The notes: generated from the sequence alone by a model not told the origin. A DNA stretch of 64,000 nucleotides from an uncultured delta proteobacterium (GCA_963816145.1 CAWFJP010000003.1:160001-224000), one strand, 5' to 3'. Shown: positions 9,673 to 21,155, numbered from the stretch's first letter. Numbers and translations are program-made.

Positions 9673-11001
9673 ATGATGGAGTCATTTAGAGAAATTAATT
9701 GCAAGGGTAGGTCAGGCCACCGCACCTTTTTGAAGCAGCTGGGCGCCCTCATGGGAATCGCCGCGATGCTTATCGCACCGGTGCCGGTCATGGCGCAAAG
9801 CAAGGATACGATCAAAATCGGCGTACTGCACTCGCTCAGCGGCACTATGGCGATCAGCGAGACGGTGCTCAAAGACGTCGTGTTGATGGCGATCGAAGAG
9901 ATCAATGCCAAAGGCGGTGTGCTCGGGAAAAAACTTGAGCCGGTGGTGGTTGATCCGGCATCCAATTGGCCGCTGTTCGCCGAGAAGGCGCGCCAGCTGA
10001 TCACCCAAGACAAGGTCGCGGTTGTCTTTGGCTGCTGGACCTCGGTATCGCGTAAGAGCGTCCTGCCGGTGTTCGAGGAGTTGAATAGTTTGCTGTTCTA
10101 CCCGGTGCAATATGAAGGCGAAGAGCTTTCGAAAAATGTTTTTTATACCGGCGCGGCGCCAAACCAGCAGGCGATCCCGGCGGTCGAGTATCTAATGTCG
10201 AAAGACGGCGGCGGCGCTAAACGCTTCGTTTTGCTCGGCACCGACTATGTCTATCCGCGCACGACAAATAAGATTCTCCGAGCATTTCTTAAATCGAAGA
10301 ACATTCCCGATTCCGACATCATGGAGGAGTACACGCCGTTCGGCCACACCGACTATCAGACTATCATAGGCAAAATCAAAAAGTTTGCCGCCGAGGGTAA
10401 AAAGACCGCGGTGATCTCGACCATCAACGGCGACTCGAACGTGCCATTCTATAAAGAGCTGGGCAATCAAGGGTTGAAGGCGAAAGACGTCCCCGTGGTA
10501 GCGTTCTCGGTCGGTGAAGAAGAGCTGCGCGGCGTCGATACCAAGCCGCTGGTGGGTCATCTAGCGGCATGGAATTATTTCATGTCACTGAAGAATCCGA
10601 CCAACGAAGAGTTCATTAAAAAATGGACAGCGTATGCCAAGGCGAAAAATCTTCCCGGCCACAAGGATAAGCCGCTGACCAACGATCCGATGGAAGCCAG
10701 CTATATTGGCGTCTACATGTGGAAACAGGCGGTGGAAAAGGCGAAATCGACTGACCCGGACAAAGTTATCGCCGCGATGGCCGGACAGACATTTAAGGCA
10801 CCGTCGGGCTTCATCGCCAAGATGGATGAGAAGAACCATCACCTGCATAAACCGGTGTTCGTCGCGGAAATTAAGGCGGATGGGCAGTTTACCGTGGTCT
10901 GGAAAACCCCAGGGCCGGTGAAGGCGAAACCCTGGAGTCCTTATATTGCCGGCAATGACAAAAAGAAGGATGAGCCGGAAATGGTAGCCGCGAAAAAGTG
11001 A
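9673..11001 (+). CDS. urtA: Urea ABC transporter substrate-binding protein
   Basis: IGVLHSLSGTMAISE, FGCWTSVSRK, YPVQYEG, GTDYVYPR; GGGAGGAG RBS. Confidence 0.96.
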   Translation: MMESFREINCKGRSGHRTFLKQLGALMGIAAMLIAPVPVMAQSKDTIKIGVLHSLSGTMAISETVLKDVVLMAIEEINAKGGVLGKKLEPVVVDPASNWPLFAEKARQLITQDKVAVVFGCWTSVSRKSVLPVFEELNSLLFYPVQYEGEELSKNVFYTGAAPNQQAIPAVEYLMSKDGGGAKRFVLLGTDYVYPRTTNKILRAFLKSKNIPDSDIMEEYTPFGHTDYQTIIGKIKKFAAEGKKTAVISTINGDSNVPFYKELGNQGLKAKDVPVVAFSVGEEELRGVDTKPLVGHLAAWNYFMSLKNPTNEEFIKKWTAYAKAKNLPGHKDKPLTNDPMEASYIGVYMWKQAVEKAKSTDPDKVIAAMAGQTFKAPSGFIAKMDEKNHHLHKPVFVAEIKADGQFTVVWKTPGPVKAKPWSPYIAGNDKKKDEPEMVAAKK

Positions 11002-11007
11002 CCGCAT

Positions 11008-11052
11008 CGGTTGCGGCGTCGGCGATGAGATCGTACCGCCGGCGCCGCAGCG
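11008..11052 (+). promoter_or_regulatory. Intercistronic stem-loop after urtA (mRNA stabiliser or partial terminator)
   Basis: GTTGCGGCGTCGGCG ... CGCCGGCGCCGCAGC inverted repeat. Confidence 0.45.
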
Positions 11053-11091
11053 AGTTTGATTGTCAGTGAATTACTGCGCTACGTTGTTAGT

Positions 11092-12714
11092 ATGATCAGT
11101 CATGCCCTGTGGCAATGGAGCCGCGTAGCCATCGTTTTCTTTTGCCTGTTCTCATCTACGTTTCCGGCGAATGCCCTCGACCCAGTCCTCGCCAAGCAGC
11201 TCGCCGCCGAAGACAGCGATGCCAAATTGGAAGCAATTAACAGTATCGCTGCCTCGGGTGACGCTGCGGCCATTCCTCTATTGAAGGCCATGCAGGACGA
11301 TGCATTGCAATTATTTGGCGAGCGCTTAGTTATAGTCGCCGGAAGTTCGGCAAAAGATGCGCTCACCGGCGAAGCGGTTGACGCGCCAGCCGAAAAGCTA
11401 ACGGCGATCGTAGTCAATAACCGGGTGCGCGGGGTGCTCGATGCCGCCCTGGCGGCGCTTAAACTTGTTTCCCCGCAGCGCGAGGAGCGGCTCGCAGCGG
11501 CGAAAATTGTCGCCAGCGATCCCGATAGCGCGATGTTGCCGTTGATCAAAACGGCACTGGCCAAGGAAAGCGATGCGGAACTCAAGACGCTGCTGGAGCT
11601 GGCGCAGGCGCTGATCGAGATCAAGAGCGAGGACGCGACGGCGCGGCGTGCCGCCGCCAAAGTGTTGGGAGAGAGCAAGAGTTCCCAGGCCAAGCAGATT
11701 CTCACCGCGTTGATGCAAACGAACTCCGACGGCAGTTTCACTGAGAACGATGCCGGCGTGCGCGCCGAAGCTCAAAAGGGCATTAAAGCGATTGAGCAAA
11801 GCTTTATCGTGCCGCAAATTTTAGGTGTATTGTTCAGCGGTCTGAGTCTCGGCAGTGTGTTGCTTTTGGCGGCGCTGGGGCTGGCCATCACCTTTGGCCT
11901 GATGGGCATCATTAACATGGCCCATGGCGAGATGCTGATGCTCGGCGCCTATACCACTTATGTCACGCAGACTCTGTTTCGTGCTTATTTGCCGCAATCT
12001 TTGGATTGGTATTTGATCGCCGCGATTCCCGCGGCATTTGTGGTCGCCGCTCTGGTCGGAGTGGCGCTCGAACGCAGTGTCATTCGCTTTCTCTACGGCC
12101 GGCCATTGGAGACCCTGCTCACTACCTGGGGCATCAGCCTGATTTTAATTCAGTTCGTCCGCACACTGTTTGGCGCGCAAAACGTCGAGGTCGCCAACCC
12201 GTCTTGGATGTCCGGCGGCTTCAACCTCGGCGCCGATATCGTGCTGCCGTACAACCGCATCGCGATTATTTTTTTCGCCGCTTTCGTGGTGTTTTTAATG
12301 TGGCTTTTTCTTGCCCGCACACGGCTCGGGCTATACGTGCGCGCCGTGACCCAGAACCGCACCATGGCCGATTGCATGGGCATCCCGACACCGCGGGTGG
12401 ACTGGCTCACTTTCGGTCTCGGGTCAGGTATCGCGGGCTTGGGCGGTGTGGCGCTGTCACAGATCGGCAACGTCGGACCCGACCTGGGCCAGAGCTATAT
12501 CGTCGATTCGTTCATGGTCGTGGTGTTGGGCGGCGTCGGTCAGCTGGCCGGCACCATCATCGCCGCGGTTGGTTTGGGAGAGATCAATAAATTTCTCGAA
12601 CCCTTCGCGGGCGCGGTGCTCGGCAAGATTTTCGTGTTGATCCTGATCATTTTGTTTATCCAAAAGCGGCCCCAGGGGATGTTCGCGCTCAAGGGGCGCA
12701 TGGCGGAGAATTAG
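11092..12714 (+). CDS. urtB: Urea ABC transporter permease with N-terminal HEAT-like domain
   Basis: LGLAITFGLMGIINMAHGE, YGRPLETLL, DSFMVVVLGGVG; start uncertain (11056-11092). Confidence 0.95.
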   Translation: MISHALWQWSRVAIVFFCLFSSTFPANALDPVLAKQLAAEDSDAKLEAINSIAASGDAAAIPLLKAMQDDALQLFGERLVIVAGSSAKDALTGEAVDAPAEKLTAIVVNNRVRGVLDAALAALKLVSPQREERLAAAKIVASDPDSAMLPLIKTALAKESDAELKTLLELAQALIEIKSEDATARRAAAKVLGESKSSQAKQILTALMQTNSDGSFTENDAGVRAEAQKGIKAIEQSFIVPQILGVLFSGLSLGSVLLLAALGLAITFGLMGIINMAHGEMLMLGAYTTYVTQTLFRAYLPQSLDWYLIAAIPAAFVVAALVGVALERSVIRFLYGRPLETLLTTWGISLILIQFVRTLFGAQNVEVANPSWMSGGFNLGADIVLPYNRIAIIFFAAFVVFLMWLFLARTRLGLYVRAVTQNRTMADCMGIPTPRVDWLTFGLGSGIAGLGGVALSQIGNVGPDLGQSYIVDSFMVVVLGGVGQLAGTIIAAVGLGEINKFLEPFAGAVLGKIFVLILIILFIQKRPQGMFALKGRMAEN

Positions 12715-12715
12715 C

Positions 12716-13804
12716 ATGGCCTGGGCTTCCGGGATCGCTAGACTTTACGATCGGCGCGGCTGGCTATGGCTGGCGTTGTTTGCCGGGGTAGTTTTGCTTG
12801 TCATTCCGCTGTTGCGCTTAGCCGTGCCGCCGGCCAGCGCGTTGCATGTTTCCGATTACTACGTGCTCTTGATTGGCAAAATCATGTGCTTCGCAATGAT
12901 GGCGCTGGCACTCGATTTGATTTGGGGTTATGCCGGGATACTTTCCCTCGGTCATGGCCTTTTTTTCGCCTTGGGCGGCTATTCCATGGGCATGTATCTC
13001 ATGCGCGAGATCGGCAACGAAGGCCAGTACCGTAGTTACTTGCCGGACTTCATGGTGTTTCTCGATTGGAAGACGTTCCCGTGGTACTGGGCCGGCAGCG
13101 AATATTTTGTCGTGGCCTTGGTGAAAATCATCCTGGTGCCGGCGCTGCTCGCTTTCACCTTCGGTTGGTTCGCGTTTCGCTCGCGCATTAAGGGCGTCTA
13201 TTTCTCGATCATTACCCAGGCGCTCACCTTCGCGTTCATGTTGCTGTTTTTTCGTAACGACACCGGTTTTGGCGGCAACAACGGCTTCACCGACTTCAAA
13301 CGAATTCTCGGCTTCTCGTTGGCCCATCCGGCCACCCGCATGAGCGTGTTTATGATCACCGGGTTCCTGCTCATCCTGACTTTGGTGCTCTGCCGCTACA
13401 TCGTCACGTCTAAATTCGGTCGCGTCCTAACGGCGATTCGCGACGCAGAATCGCGCACGATGTTTTCCGGTTACAACACGCGGGACTACAAACTGTTTGT
13501 CTGGACTTTGTCGGCGATATTGTGCGGCATCGCCGGCGCTCTCTACGTGCCCCAGGTGGGCATCATCAATCCCAGCGAAATGTCGCCGGCGAACTCGATC
13601 GAGATCGCTATCTGGGTCGCCGTCGGCGGACGGGGTACGCTGATCGGCGCCCTGGCCGGCGCCGGTATCGTCAACGGCGCCAAGAGTTATTTTACCATGG
13701 CCTGGCCGGCGTTCTGGCTCTACTTTCTTGGCGGTTTGTTCGTCGTGGTCACGGTATTTTTACCGAAGGGACTCTTGGGCTGGCGCCGGAGCGAAACTAA
13801 GTAA
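12716..13804 (+). CDS. urtC: Urea ABC transporter permease
   Basis: DLIWGYAGILSLGHG, RSRIKGVYFSIITQA, VAVGGRG. Confidence 0.95.
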   Translation: MAWASGIARLYDRRGWLWLALFAGVVLLVIPLLRLAVPPASALHVSDYYVLLIGKIMCFAMMALALDLIWGYAGILSLGHGLFFALGGYSMGMYLMREIGNEGQYRSYLPDFMVFLDWKTFPWYWAGSEYFVVALVKIILVPALLAFTFGWFAFRSRIKGVYFSIITQALTFAFMLLFFRNDTGFGGNNGFTDFKRILGFSLAHPATRMSVFMITGFLLILTLVLCRYIVTSKFGRVLTAIRDAESRTMFSGYNTRDYKLFVWTLSAILCGIAGALYVPQVGIINPSEMSPANSIEIAIWVAVGGRGTLIGALAGAGIVNGAKSYFTMAWPAFWLYFLGGLFVVVTVFLPKGLLGWRRSETK

Positions 13805-14625
13805 TGCCCGCAATGGCAGAAATTAGCAGCGGCACCGAGGAGATCGAGCAGGCGCCGCTCAAAGTGGACAAAAACATCGACCTTTCGCACGGTGTGATTC
13901 TCTACGTCGACGGCGTTACGGTTAGTTTCGACGGCTTTCGCGCGCTCAACGATCTGTCGCTGGCCATCGATGCGGGAGAACTGCGCTGCGTAATCGGTCC
14001 CAATGGCGCCGGTAAAACCACCATGATGGATGTCATTACTGGTAAAACCCGGCCCGACTCCGGCACGGTTTTTCTCGGCCAGAACGTCGACCTCACCACC
14101 TTGCCCGAGTACGAGATCGCCCGCTTGGGTGTCGGCCGCAAGTTTCAAAAGCCCTCGGTTTTTGAAAATCACAGCGTCTTTGAAAATCTCGAGCTGGCAG
14201 TGAAAGGCCCAAAAGGAGTGTGGGATACGCTGTTTCACCGGCGCGATTCCGCCGAGGAAGATCGCATCGAAGCCATGCTCAAACAAATCAATCTCAAAGA
14301 GCGCATGCGCCAGCCGGCCGGGCTTTTGTCCCACGGGCAGAAGCAGTGGTTGGAAATCGGTATGTTGTTGATGCAAGAGCCGCAGGTGCTCTTGCTCGAC
14401 GAGCCCGCCGCGGGTATGAGCGACGAAGAGACCGAGCGCACGGCGGAACTGTTTTTATCATTGGAGGGGAAGCATTCCTTGATCGTCGTGGAGCATGACA
14501 TGGCCTTTGTCGCCTCACTGGCGCGCAAGGTTACCGTGCTCCATGAGGGCAGCGTGTTGGTCGAAGGCTCTATGGCGGCGGTGCAAAACGACGAACGGGT
14601 CATCGAAGTTTATTTGGGGCGCTAA
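13804..14625 (+). CDS. urtD: Urea ABC transporter ATPase
   Basis: GPNGAGKT, GRKFQKP, LSHGQKQWLEIGM. Confidence 0.95.
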   Translation: MPAMAEISSGTEEIEQAPLKVDKNIDLSHGVILYVDGVTVSFDGFRALNDLSLAIDAGELRCVIGPNGAGKTTMMDVITGKTRPDSGTVFLGQNVDLTTLPEYEIARLGVGRKFQKPSVFENHSVFENLELAVKGPKGVWDTLFHRRDSAEEDRIEAMLKQINLKERMRQPAGLLSHGQKQWLEIGMLLMQEPQVLLLDEPAAGMSDEETERTAELFLSLEGKHSLIVVEHDMAFVASLARKVTVLHEGSVLVEGSMAAVQNDERVIEVYLGR

Positions 14626-14627
14626 TC

Positions 14628-15377
14628 ATGTTGCGGGTCGAAGGCTTAAATCATTACTACGGCGGCAGCCACACGTTGAACGACGTCTCGATTGAAGTCG
14701 GCGCCGGAACCTGCACGGCGGTGCTCGGCCGCAACGGCGTCGGTAAAAGCACCTTGCTCAAGTCGGTGATGGGAGTCGAGCGCGTGCGCTCGGGCCGGAT
14801 TGTCCTGGACGGCCAAGACATTACCCACGCCGCGCCCTACGCGCGCGCCCGCCTCGGGCTTGGCTACGTGCCCCAGGGCCGAGAAATTTTCCCCTGGCTC
14901 ACGGTGGAGGAAAACTTGCTCACTGGATTGGCCGGGCAAAAAGCCCGCGCTATCGATCCGGAAATTTTCGATATGTTTCCGGTGCTCAAAGATATGCTTC
15001 GGCGCCGCGGCGGCGATCTCTCGGGCGGACAGCAGCAACAATTGGCGATTGGCCGGGCGCTACTGACGAAACCCAAGTTGCTGATTCTTGACGAGCCCAC
15101 CGAGGGGATTCAGCCATCGATCATCCAGCAAATCCAGAAAGTGCTGCATCGGGTCAAAAGCGCAAAGCGGGAATCGCCGGATCTCGAAGCGATCAAAGCC
15201 GCGGTACGGCGCATCAAAGAGGAAGGCCGCATCGCCATTCTGTTAGTGGAGCAATATTTGGACTTCGCTCGGGAGATTTGTGACTACTATTGCGTGCTCG
15301 ACCGCGGCGCCATCATCATGGAAGGGGATCGCGAGCGCTTGCTTGGTGATGACGTGAAACGCTGGTTGAGCGTGTAA
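14628..15377 (+). CDS. urtE: Urea ABC transporter ATPase
   Basis: GRNGVGKS, YVPQGREIF, LSGGQQQQL, DEPTEGIQP. Confidence 0.95.
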   Translation: MLRVEGLNHYYGGSHTLNDVSIEVGAGTCTAVLGRNGVGKSTLLKSVMGVERVRSGRIVLDGQDITHAAPYARARLGLGYVPQGREIFPWLTVEENLLTGLAGQKARAIDPEIFDMFPVLKDMLRRRGGDLSGGQQQQLAIGRALLTKPKLLILDEPTEGIQPSIIQQIQKVLHRVKSAKRESPDLEAIKAAVRRIKEEGRIAILLVEQYLDFAREICDYYCVLDRGAIIMEGDRERLLGDDVKRWLSV

Positions 15378-15483
15378 GAGGCGCGGTAGGCAGTGACATT
15401 CCGACAAAGAAGTTTTGCCAAAGGGTTTTCCAACGAAGTTCTCGACGCTGTCGCTGGAAGCGGCAAGAGAGTCGCAGGCGGTT

Positions 15484-15957
15484 ATGGATGAACAGTTCGC
15501 CGAGGTCATGACAGGGTTTCCCATATTGCAGGGCTTCACTTCCCAGGGCGCTCAACGGTTGCTGGAGCGCGGTGAAGTCCGTGTATGTTCGATGGGTGAA
15601 GTTTTGTTCAAGGAAGGTGATCCGCCGGCATTCGTGGCGCTCGTGCTTGGCGGTAAAGTGCAGGTCTTTGTCGAACGCGAGGGTGGCGATATGATCCTTA
15701 CCGACGTCGGGCCGGGCACGATCCTCGGCGAATTGGCCGTGCTCTGCAATATCCCACGGGCGGCTTCAGTGCGGGCGAGCGAAGCCGCAACAGTGCTGCA
15801 ATGGAACGCCGCGGCTTTTCGCAATTTACTGTTGCGTTATCCTTTGTTGTCGGAGCGGATATTCAAGGAGGCCCTGCGCACTCTCGTTGAGAAAGAACGC
15901 GCGCTGATCGATTCTGTCGTTCGATTGGCCCACAGCAGTGACGAAGCAAGTGCATAG
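15484..15957 (+). CDS. Stand-alone cyclic-nucleotide-binding (cNMP/Crp-type) domain protein
   Basis: LFKEGD, GKVQV, GPGTILGELA...PRAASVRA; no HTH; start could be 15415. Confidence 0.8.
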   Translation: MDEQFAEVMTGFPILQGFTSQGAQRLLERGEVRVCSMGEVLFKEGDPPAFVALVLGGKVQVFVEREGGDMILTDVGPGTILGELAVLCNIPRAASVRASEAATVLQWNAAAFRNLLLRYPLLSERIFKEALRTLVEKERALIDSVVRLAHSSDEASA

Positions 15958-16118
15958 GCAATGACCTGCGCGGGGTACTTCCGGAATAACCCTCCGGTCC
16001 CGAACAAGTTCCCTGGCAGCAGTCAACAGTGAGCGGCCAATCACGCCGTAAAGTCCATCGTCGATGCTTTTTGAATATTGATCAAAATTACTCGGAAAGT
16101 CTGTTATTAGTATGACCG

Positions 16119-16961
16119 ATGCTCTCTATCGAATCGGCGCGATTACGATCATGGCGCGCGCATCTCGCGCTTGAGTTTGAGCGGCGCGCGGCACGCACGG
16201 TGCTGGCGGCGCGTCGTCACGAGGGTCCGCTAGTAGTTCAAAAGACGCTCTATCCGGAGGGCGATGGGGTCTGTCACGGCATCGTGGTGCATCCACCGGG
16301 GGGACTGGCCGGCGGCGATGATATCGGATTGAACGCACACCTGGACGTGGATGCCCATGCGCTGCTAACCACGCCCGGTGCCGGCAAGTGGTATCGTTCG
16401 GTGGGTCCGGCGGCGCGGCAATCGATTCAATTCGAAATAGGGCCGGGAGCCTGTCTGGAATGGCTGCCGCAGGAAAATATTGTTTTCAACGGCGCCCATG
16501 CCGAACTGCCCACGGTGGTGCGGCTAGCCAGCGATGGAAGTTATATCGGTTGGGAAATCAGTTGTTTGGGACGAAGCGGTTCGGGAGAAAACTTTGCAAC
16601 GGGTCGCTATCGGGCGCGCACTTTCATCGAACGCGACCACCGGGCGCTGTGGTTAGAAAATGCCTGCCTTGAAGGCGGCGGGGCGGCGCTGCAAGCGGCG
16701 GCCATGCTCGCGGGCCGTCCGGTGGTTGCCACCATGTTAGCGGTATCGGAGAAATTGGATTCTGCTGTGTTGGGTATGTGCCGAAGTGTCCAGCCCGTTA
16801 CCGGCGATGGCGCCGTGACATTGCTGCCCGGTATCATCGTCGGCCGCTATTTGGGCGGGTCGAGCGAGGCGGCGAAAAAATATTTTATCAAAATATGGCA
16901 TCTTGTGCGTCCGGTGGTGGCCGGGCGCGAGGCGGTGGAGCCGCGCATTTGGCAAACTTAA
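16119..16961 (+). CDS. ureD: Urease accessory protein UreD
   Basis: [44 protein letters not shown]. Confidence 0.95.
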   Translation: MLSIESARLRSWRAHLALEFERRAARTVLAARRHEGPLVVQKTLYPEGDGVCHGIVVHPPGGLAGGDDIGLNAHLDVDAHALLTTPGAGKWYRSVGPAARQSIQFEIGPGACLEWLPQENIVFNGAHAELPTVVRLASDGSYIGWEISCLGRSGSGENFATGRYRARTFIERDHRALWLENACLEGGGAALQAAAMLAGRPVVATMLAVSEKLDSAVLGMCRSVQPVTGDGAVTLLPGIIVGRYLGGSSEAAKKYFIKIWHLVRPVVAGREAVEPRIWQT

Positions 16962-16974
16962 GCGGAGCGAAAAA

Positions 16975-17277
16975 ATGGAATTGACTCCCAGAGAAAAAGA
17001 TAAGCTGCTGATATTCACTGCGGCGCTGCTTGCGGAGCGGCGTAAAGCGCGCGGTTTGAAGCTCAATTATCCCGAAGCCGTCGCGTTCATAAGCGCGGCG
17101 ATTATGGAAGGCGCCCGCGATGGCCGCAGCGTTGCCGACTTGATGGGCTGGGGCGCGACCTTGTTGACGCGCGAGGAGGTCATGGAAGGCGTGGCGGAAA
17201 TGATACCTGAGATCCAGGTCGAAGCGACGTTTCCGGATGGGACGAAGCTGGTGACCGTGCATCAGCCGATTGTCTAA
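16975..17277 (+). CDS. ureA: Urease gamma subunit
   Basis: [11 protein letters not shown]...LNYPEA...[14 protein letters not shown]. Confidence 0.97.
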   Translation: MELTPREKDKLLIFTAALLAERRKARGLKLNYPEAVAFISAAIMEGARDGRSVADLMGWGATLLTREEVMEGVAEMIPEIQVEATFPDGTKLVTVHQPIV

Positions 17278-17288
17278 CAGGCAGAGGA

Positions 17289-17325
17289 GTTCCAATCGTT
17301 CAAGCCGTTCAATTCGTTCAAAACG
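17289..17325. repeat. Tandem 9-mer (CGTTCAA-type) repeat between ureA and ureB
   Basis: GTTCCAATC GTTCAAGCC GTTCAATTC GTTCAAAAC; related repeat near 60388-60452. Confidence 0.6.
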
Positions 17326-17337
17326 TCAGGAGAGCTA

Positions 17338-17646
17338 ATGATTCCGGGTGAAATGAGAATTGCCGATGGCGAGATCGAACTGAATCTTGGGCGCAAGACT
17401 TTGACCCTCGAAGTCGTAAACAGCGGCGACCGGCCGATTCAGGTCGGTTCGCACTACCATTTTTTTGAAACTAACGAGGCGCTGAAATTCGAGCGCAAGA
17501 TCACCCATGGTTTCCGATTGAACATTGCGGCCGGAACGGCGGTACGCTTCGAGCCCGGACAGACCCGGACGGTGGAGCTTGTGGCGATTGCCGGGGCCAG
17601 AAAAATTTTCGGCTTCAACGGCAAAGTGATGGGAGCGGTGCGATGA
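17338..17646 (+). CDS. ureB: Urease beta subunit
   Basis: [27 protein letters not shown]. Confidence 0.97.
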   Translation: MIPGEMRIADGEIELNLGRKTLTLEVVNSGDRPIQVGSHYHFFETNEALKFERKITHGFRLNIAAGTAVRFEPGQTRTVELVAIAGARKIFGFNGKVMGAVR

Positions 17647-19340
17647 AAATTACTCGTCACGCTTACGCTGAGATGTTCGGGCCGACGGTGGGCGATCGCC
17701 TGCGTCTGGCCGACACCGAGTTGTGGGTCGAGGTCGAAAAAGATTTCACGATCTATGGCGAAGAAGTCAAATTCGGCGGCGGCAAAGTGATCCGCGACGG
17801 CATGGGTCAAAGCCAGTTGGGCTGGGCGAAGGTGGCCGATACGGTCATCACCAACGCGTTGATCATCGACCACTGGGGGATTGTCAAAGCCGATATCGGC
17901 ATCAAGAACGGGCGCATCTGGAAAATCGGCAAAGCCGGCAATCCCGACATTCAGCCCGGCGTCACCATTCCCATCGGCGCCGCCACCGAGATCATCGCCG
18001 GCGAGGGCAAGATCGTCACCGCCGGCGCCATCGATTCGCATATTCATTTTATCTGCCCGCAGCAGATCGACGACGCTTTGATGTCGGGCGTCACCACCAT
18101 GCTCGGCGGCGGCACCGGTCCGGCCACCGGCACCTATGCGACGACTTGCACGCCGGGTCCCTGGCATATCCAATCGATGATCGCCGCGGCCGAGGCGTTT
18201 CCGATGAATCTCGGTTTCTTCGGCAAGGGCAATGCGAGCTTGCCTCAGCCGCTCATCGAACAGGTCAAAGCCGGCGCCATCGGCTTGAAACTGCACGAAG
18301 ATTGGGGCACGACGCCGGCGGCAATCGATAATTGTCTGACGGTGGCGGACAAGCTCGACGTGCAAGTGGCGATTCACACCGACACTTTGAACGAATCGGG
18401 ATTCGTCGAGGCGACCATCAAGGCCTTTAAAGGCCGCACTATTCACACCTTTCACACCGAAGGCGCCGGCGGCGGTCATGCGCCGGATATCATAAAGGTC
18501 TGCGGCGAGCCCAACGTCTTGCCGTCGTCGACCAATCCGACGCGGCCCTACACGGTCAATACCATCGCCGAGCACCTCGATATGCTGATGGTCTGCCACC
18601 ATCTCGACCCGAGCATCGCCGAGGACATGGCCTTCGCCGAGTCCCGCATCCGCAAGGAAACCATCGCCGCCGAGGACATTCTCCACGATCTCGGAGCGTT
18701 TTCGATGATGTCGTCGGACTCCCAGGCGATGGGCCGGGTCGGCGAGGTGATCATTCGCACGTGGCAAACGGCGCATAAAATGAAAGTGCAGCGCGGTGCT
18801 TTAAAGGGCGACCCGGCGGCGAACGACAACCGGCGCGTCAAACGTTACATCGCCAAGTACACGATCAATCCTGCGATTACCCATGGCATGGCGCACCTAA
18901 TCGGCTCGGTCGAAGCAGGCAAGCTCGCCGATCTGGTGCTGTGGAAACCGGCATTTTTCGGCGTCAAGCCGGCGCTGATTCTCAAAAGCGGCATGATCGC
19001 GGCGGCGGCCATGGGCGATCCCAACGCGTCGATCCCGACGCCCCAGCCGGTGCATTACCGGCCGATGTTCGGCGCCTTCGGCAAGGGGCTAAATAGCTCG
19101 GTGATTTTTGTATCAAAAGCGGGGCTAAAAAATCCGGCGCTGCAAAGACTCAAATTGTCGAAGCCCTTGGTGGCGGTGAAAAATAGCCGACGGGTTAAAA
19201 AGCAAGACATGATTCACAATCACTATCAGCCCAAGATCGATGTCGACCCGGAGACCTACGAAGTTCGCGCCGACGGCGAACTGCTGGTCTGCGAGCCGGC
19301 GCAAGAGTTGCCGATGGCGCAACGTTACTTTCTATTCTGA
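17643..19340 (+). CDS. ureC: Urease alpha subunit
   Basis: [43 protein letters not shown]. Confidence 0.98.
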   Translation: MKITRHAYAEMFGPTVGDRLRLADTELWVEVEKDFTIYGEEVKFGGGKVIRDGMGQSQLGWAKVADTVITNALIIDHWGIVKADIGIKNGRIWKIGKAGNPDIQPGVTIPIGAATEIIAGEGKIVTAGAIDSHIHFICPQQIDDALMSGVTTMLGGGTGPATGTYATTCTPGPWHIQSMIAAAEAFPMNLGFFGKGNASLPQPLIEQVKAGAIGLKLHEDWGTTPAAIDNCLTVADKLDVQVAIHTDTLNESGFVEATIKAFKGRTIHTFHTEGAGGGHAPDIIKVCGEPNVLPSSTNPTRPYTVNTIAEHLDMLMVCHHLDPSIAEDMAFAESRIRKETIAAEDILHDLGAFSMMSSDSQAMGRVGEVIIRTWQTAHKMKVQRGALKGDPAANDNRRVKRYIAKYTINPAITHGMAHLIGSVEAGKLADLVLWKPAFFGVKPALILKSGMIAAAAMGDPNASIPTPQPVHYRPMFGAFGKGLNSSVIFVSKAGLKNPALQRLKLSKPLVAVKNSRRVKKQDMIHNHYQPKIDVDPETYEVRADGELLVCEPAQELPMAQRYFLF

Positions 19341-19846
19341 TGCGCGAAATCTGCGACAGAAGCGAGTCGAAAACCGGCGAGCCGATTGAAGAGCAACTTG
19401 AACTCTGTTTCGAGCTGCGCCAGAAACGCCAGTTTCGCTGCACGCTGCGATCTGGTAACGCAGCGATCGTCCGCTTGCCGCGCGGGCCGATATTGCGCGG
19501 CGGCGATGTGCTCCGGGCCACCGACGGCACGCGCGTCGAAATCATTGCCGCGCCGGAAAAACTTCTACAAATCGAGTCTAACGATAGGGACGGCCTGGCG
19601 CGTCTGGCATATCATCTGGGCAATCGCCATGTTGCGGTAGAAGTCGGCGATGGTTGTCTGCGCATCGCCGAGGATTCAGTGCTCGAAAATATGCTCGTTG
19701 GACTAGGTGCGAAGGTGCAGCGGTTGGTCGCCCCGTTTGAACCCGAGGCAGGCGCCTATGCAAGCGGCCATCGTCATGGCGAAGAGCCGAGCCAAGCCGG
19801 CCGCATTCATCAATACGCTCCAAAACCAGTTGCGAGCGATCAATGA
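19340..19846 (+). CDS. ureE: Urease nickel chaperone UreE
   Basis: [23 protein letters not shown], short His tail. Confidence 0.93.
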   Translation: MREICDRSESKTGEPIEEQLELCFELRQKRQFRCTLRSGNAAIVRLPRGPILRGGDVLRATDGTRVEIIAAPEKLLQIESNDRDGLARLAYHLGNRHVAVEVGDGCLRIAEDSVLENMLVGLGAKVQRLVAPFEPEAGAYASGHRHGEEPSQAGRIHQYAPKPVASDQ

Positions 19847-20532
19847 GTATTGATAACGTTCGCGACCTAGTCCGCTTGCTGCAGCTCGCCAGTCCGGCGT
19901 TGCCGATCGGCGCCTTTAGCTACTCCCAAGGGCTCGAAGCTGCGGTCGAAGCCGGGATCGTTCATGATCGCAAATCAGCATGCGATTGGATCAACGATCT
20001 GCTTACCTATACGTTAGCTACCACCGAAGCGCCAGTTTTACTGCGCTTGATCGAAGCTTGGCGGGCACATGATTATGCTGCGGCAAATAGATGGAACGAT
20101 TTGTTTCTTGCCAGCCGCGAGACCGCCGAACTGCGCGCCGAGACTGCGCAAATGGGATTCTCCCTGGCGCGGCTGTTCAATGATTTGCCGGATATCGACC
20201 GAGACGCGCTCAGATCGATGAACGAGTTTAACCAAGTCAGCTTTCCGGCTGCTTTCGCTTGTGCCTGTGCGGCATGGCGGTTGGCGCCGGCGGAAGCGCT
20301 TTCAGCCTATCTCTGGTCTTGGGCGGAGAATCAGGTGACGGCGGCACTCAAGACCGTGCCCCTCGGACAAACCGACGGCCAACGGATGCTGTTCGCGATC
20401 GGCGGCCGTCTCCCGGCCATCGTTGAGCGGGCGGCGACACTCGGCGACGACGAAATCGGTAGCTTCGCGCCGCGCCTGGCGATCTTGTCGAGCCGCCACG
20501 AGACGCAATATTCGCGGCTGTTCCGGTCGTAA
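19843..20532 (+). CDS. ureF: Urease accessory protein UreF
   Basis: [32 protein letters not shown]. Confidence 0.95.
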   Translation: MSIDNVRDLVRLLQLASPALPIGAFSYSQGLEAAVEAGIVHDRKSACDWINDLLTYTLATTEAPVLLRLIEAWRAHDYAAANRWNDLFLASRETAELRAETAQMGFSLARLFNDLPDIDRDALRSMNEFNQVSFPAAFACACAAWRLAPAEALSAYLWSWAENQVTAALKTVPLGQTDGQRMLFAIGGRLPAIVERAATLGDDEIGSFAPRLAILSSRHETQYSRLFRS

Positions 20533-20540
20533 GAAAATCT

Positions 20541-21155
20541 ATGGACACTTTACAACCTCTCTCGGTTGGCATCGGCGGTCCCGTCGGCTCGGGCAAAACC
20601 GCGCTTACCTTGGCGCTCTGCCGCGCCCTGCGCGATCGTTACAACCTCGCTGTGGTCACCAACGATATTTACACCGAGGAAGACGCTCAATTCCTGGTGC
20701 GCAACCAAGCGCTACCGCCCGAGCGCATCCTCGGCGTCGAAACCGGCGGCTGCCCGCACACCGCGATCCGCGAGGACGCGTCGATCAATCTCGAAGCGGT
20801 CGATCGGCTGTGCCGCCGCTTCCCTGATCTCGATTTAGTTTTTATCGAATCGGGCGGAGACAATCTGGCGGCAAGCTTCAGTCCAGAATTGGCCGATGTG
20901 ACGATCTATGTCATCGACGTCGCCGCCGGCGACAAGATTCCCCGCAAAGGCGGGCCGGGCATCGCCAAGAGCGATCTGTTGGTCATCAACAAAATCGATC
21001 TCGCGCCGCTGGTCGGCGCATCTCTCGAAGTGATGGAGCGAGACGCAAAAAAAATGCGTGGCAACAAGCCGTTAGTGTTTACCAATCTAAAAACCGGCGA
21101 GGGATTCAGCGGCGTGCTCATGTTCTTGGAAGGGCAGGGAGTGGCAAGGGGCTGA
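20541..21155 (+). CDS. ureG: Urease accessory GTPase UreG
   Basis: [27 protein letters not shown]. Confidence 0.97.
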   Translation: MDTLQPLSVGIGGPVGSGKTALTLALCRALRDRYNLAVVTNDIYTEEDAQFLVRNQALPPERILGVETGGCPHTAIREDASINLEAVDRLCRRFPDLDLVFIESGGDNLAASFSPELADVTIYVIDVAAGDKIPRKGGPGIAKSDLLVINKIDLAPLVGASLEVMERDAKKMRGNKPLVFTNLKTGEGFSGVLMFLEGQGVARG

